A DNA stretch of 64,000 nucleotides from an uncultured virus (IMG/VR IMGVR_UViG_2930745263_000001) (lineage: Duplodnaviria; Heunggongvirae; Uroviricota; Caudoviricetes), in IMG/VR virus record IMGVR_UViG_2930745263_000001. One strand, 5' to 3'. The notes below the pieces were generated by a model. It was given only the letters and a program-made list of their open reading frames with translations. It made no database searches and was not told the DNA's origin. Shown one piece after another: positions 63,842 through 64,000 of this stretch. The number at the start of each line of letters is the position of its first letter. Within the stretch, counting starts at the first letter, position 1. The position numbers were made by a program, and so were the translations under genes.

Positions 63842-64000
63842 GTGTGTCCCGCGGTGGGGCGGGAGTCTGTGGCACGGCCCGGTTGGCGGGCTCCTGGGCG
63901 CGGGGACGTCGAGGAAGTCCAGACCGTCCGGGCCGTGCGGTTCTAGCGTGGCGCACGATCGAGGGTTTGTCCGGGCTGCCCTTCCCCCGGGTTCTCTCAG

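Larger units (their letters stand above)
1..64000. mobile_element. Streptomyces-type siphoviral phage-plasmid (ends not visible)
   Basis: Complete virion operon plus ParA, Rep, DciA and a resolvase; no host core genes. Confidence 0.75.

Noticed and set aside
1..64000. tRNA, rRNA or conjugative TraB/FtsK genes
   Set aside because: None were recognised by eye. tRNAscan and HMM searches were not run, and the element may extend beyond the window.

Overview
GC-rich actinomycete (Streptomyces-like) temperate siphophage that appears to be a phage-plasmid. No host housekeeping genes are visible. The right half (33.8-63 kb, minus strand) is a complete virion and lysis operon: terminases, portal, scaffold, head decoration, major capsid, head-tail proteins, tail tube, frameshifted tail chaperone, tape measure, baseplate, a papain-like protease, endolysin, holins and a GDPD tail fibre. 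The left half holds early genes (SSB, RusA, two WhiB-like proteins, Rad52-like annealase, C5 methyltransferase, NERD, WYL) and a plasmid-type replication module (Rep-like HTH protein with internal DnaA boxes, DciA, ParA plus partner). The most striking observations are: (1) an MmyB-type XRE regulator next to a germicidin/RppA-like type III PKS, a candidate phage-borne small-molecule signal and receptor pair; (2) a perfect 38-bp inverted repeat pair flanking an 11.5-kb segment that carries a Cre-like recombinase and a catalytically incomplete partner, about 2 kb from the putative origin; (3) a three-hairpin RNA leader with identical UUGGCG loops ahead of rep; (4) a nested alternative-frame ORF and a G10 tract in the methyltransferase; and (5) several repeated promoter or leader motifs. 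All product calls come from motif recognition by eye; no database searches were run.
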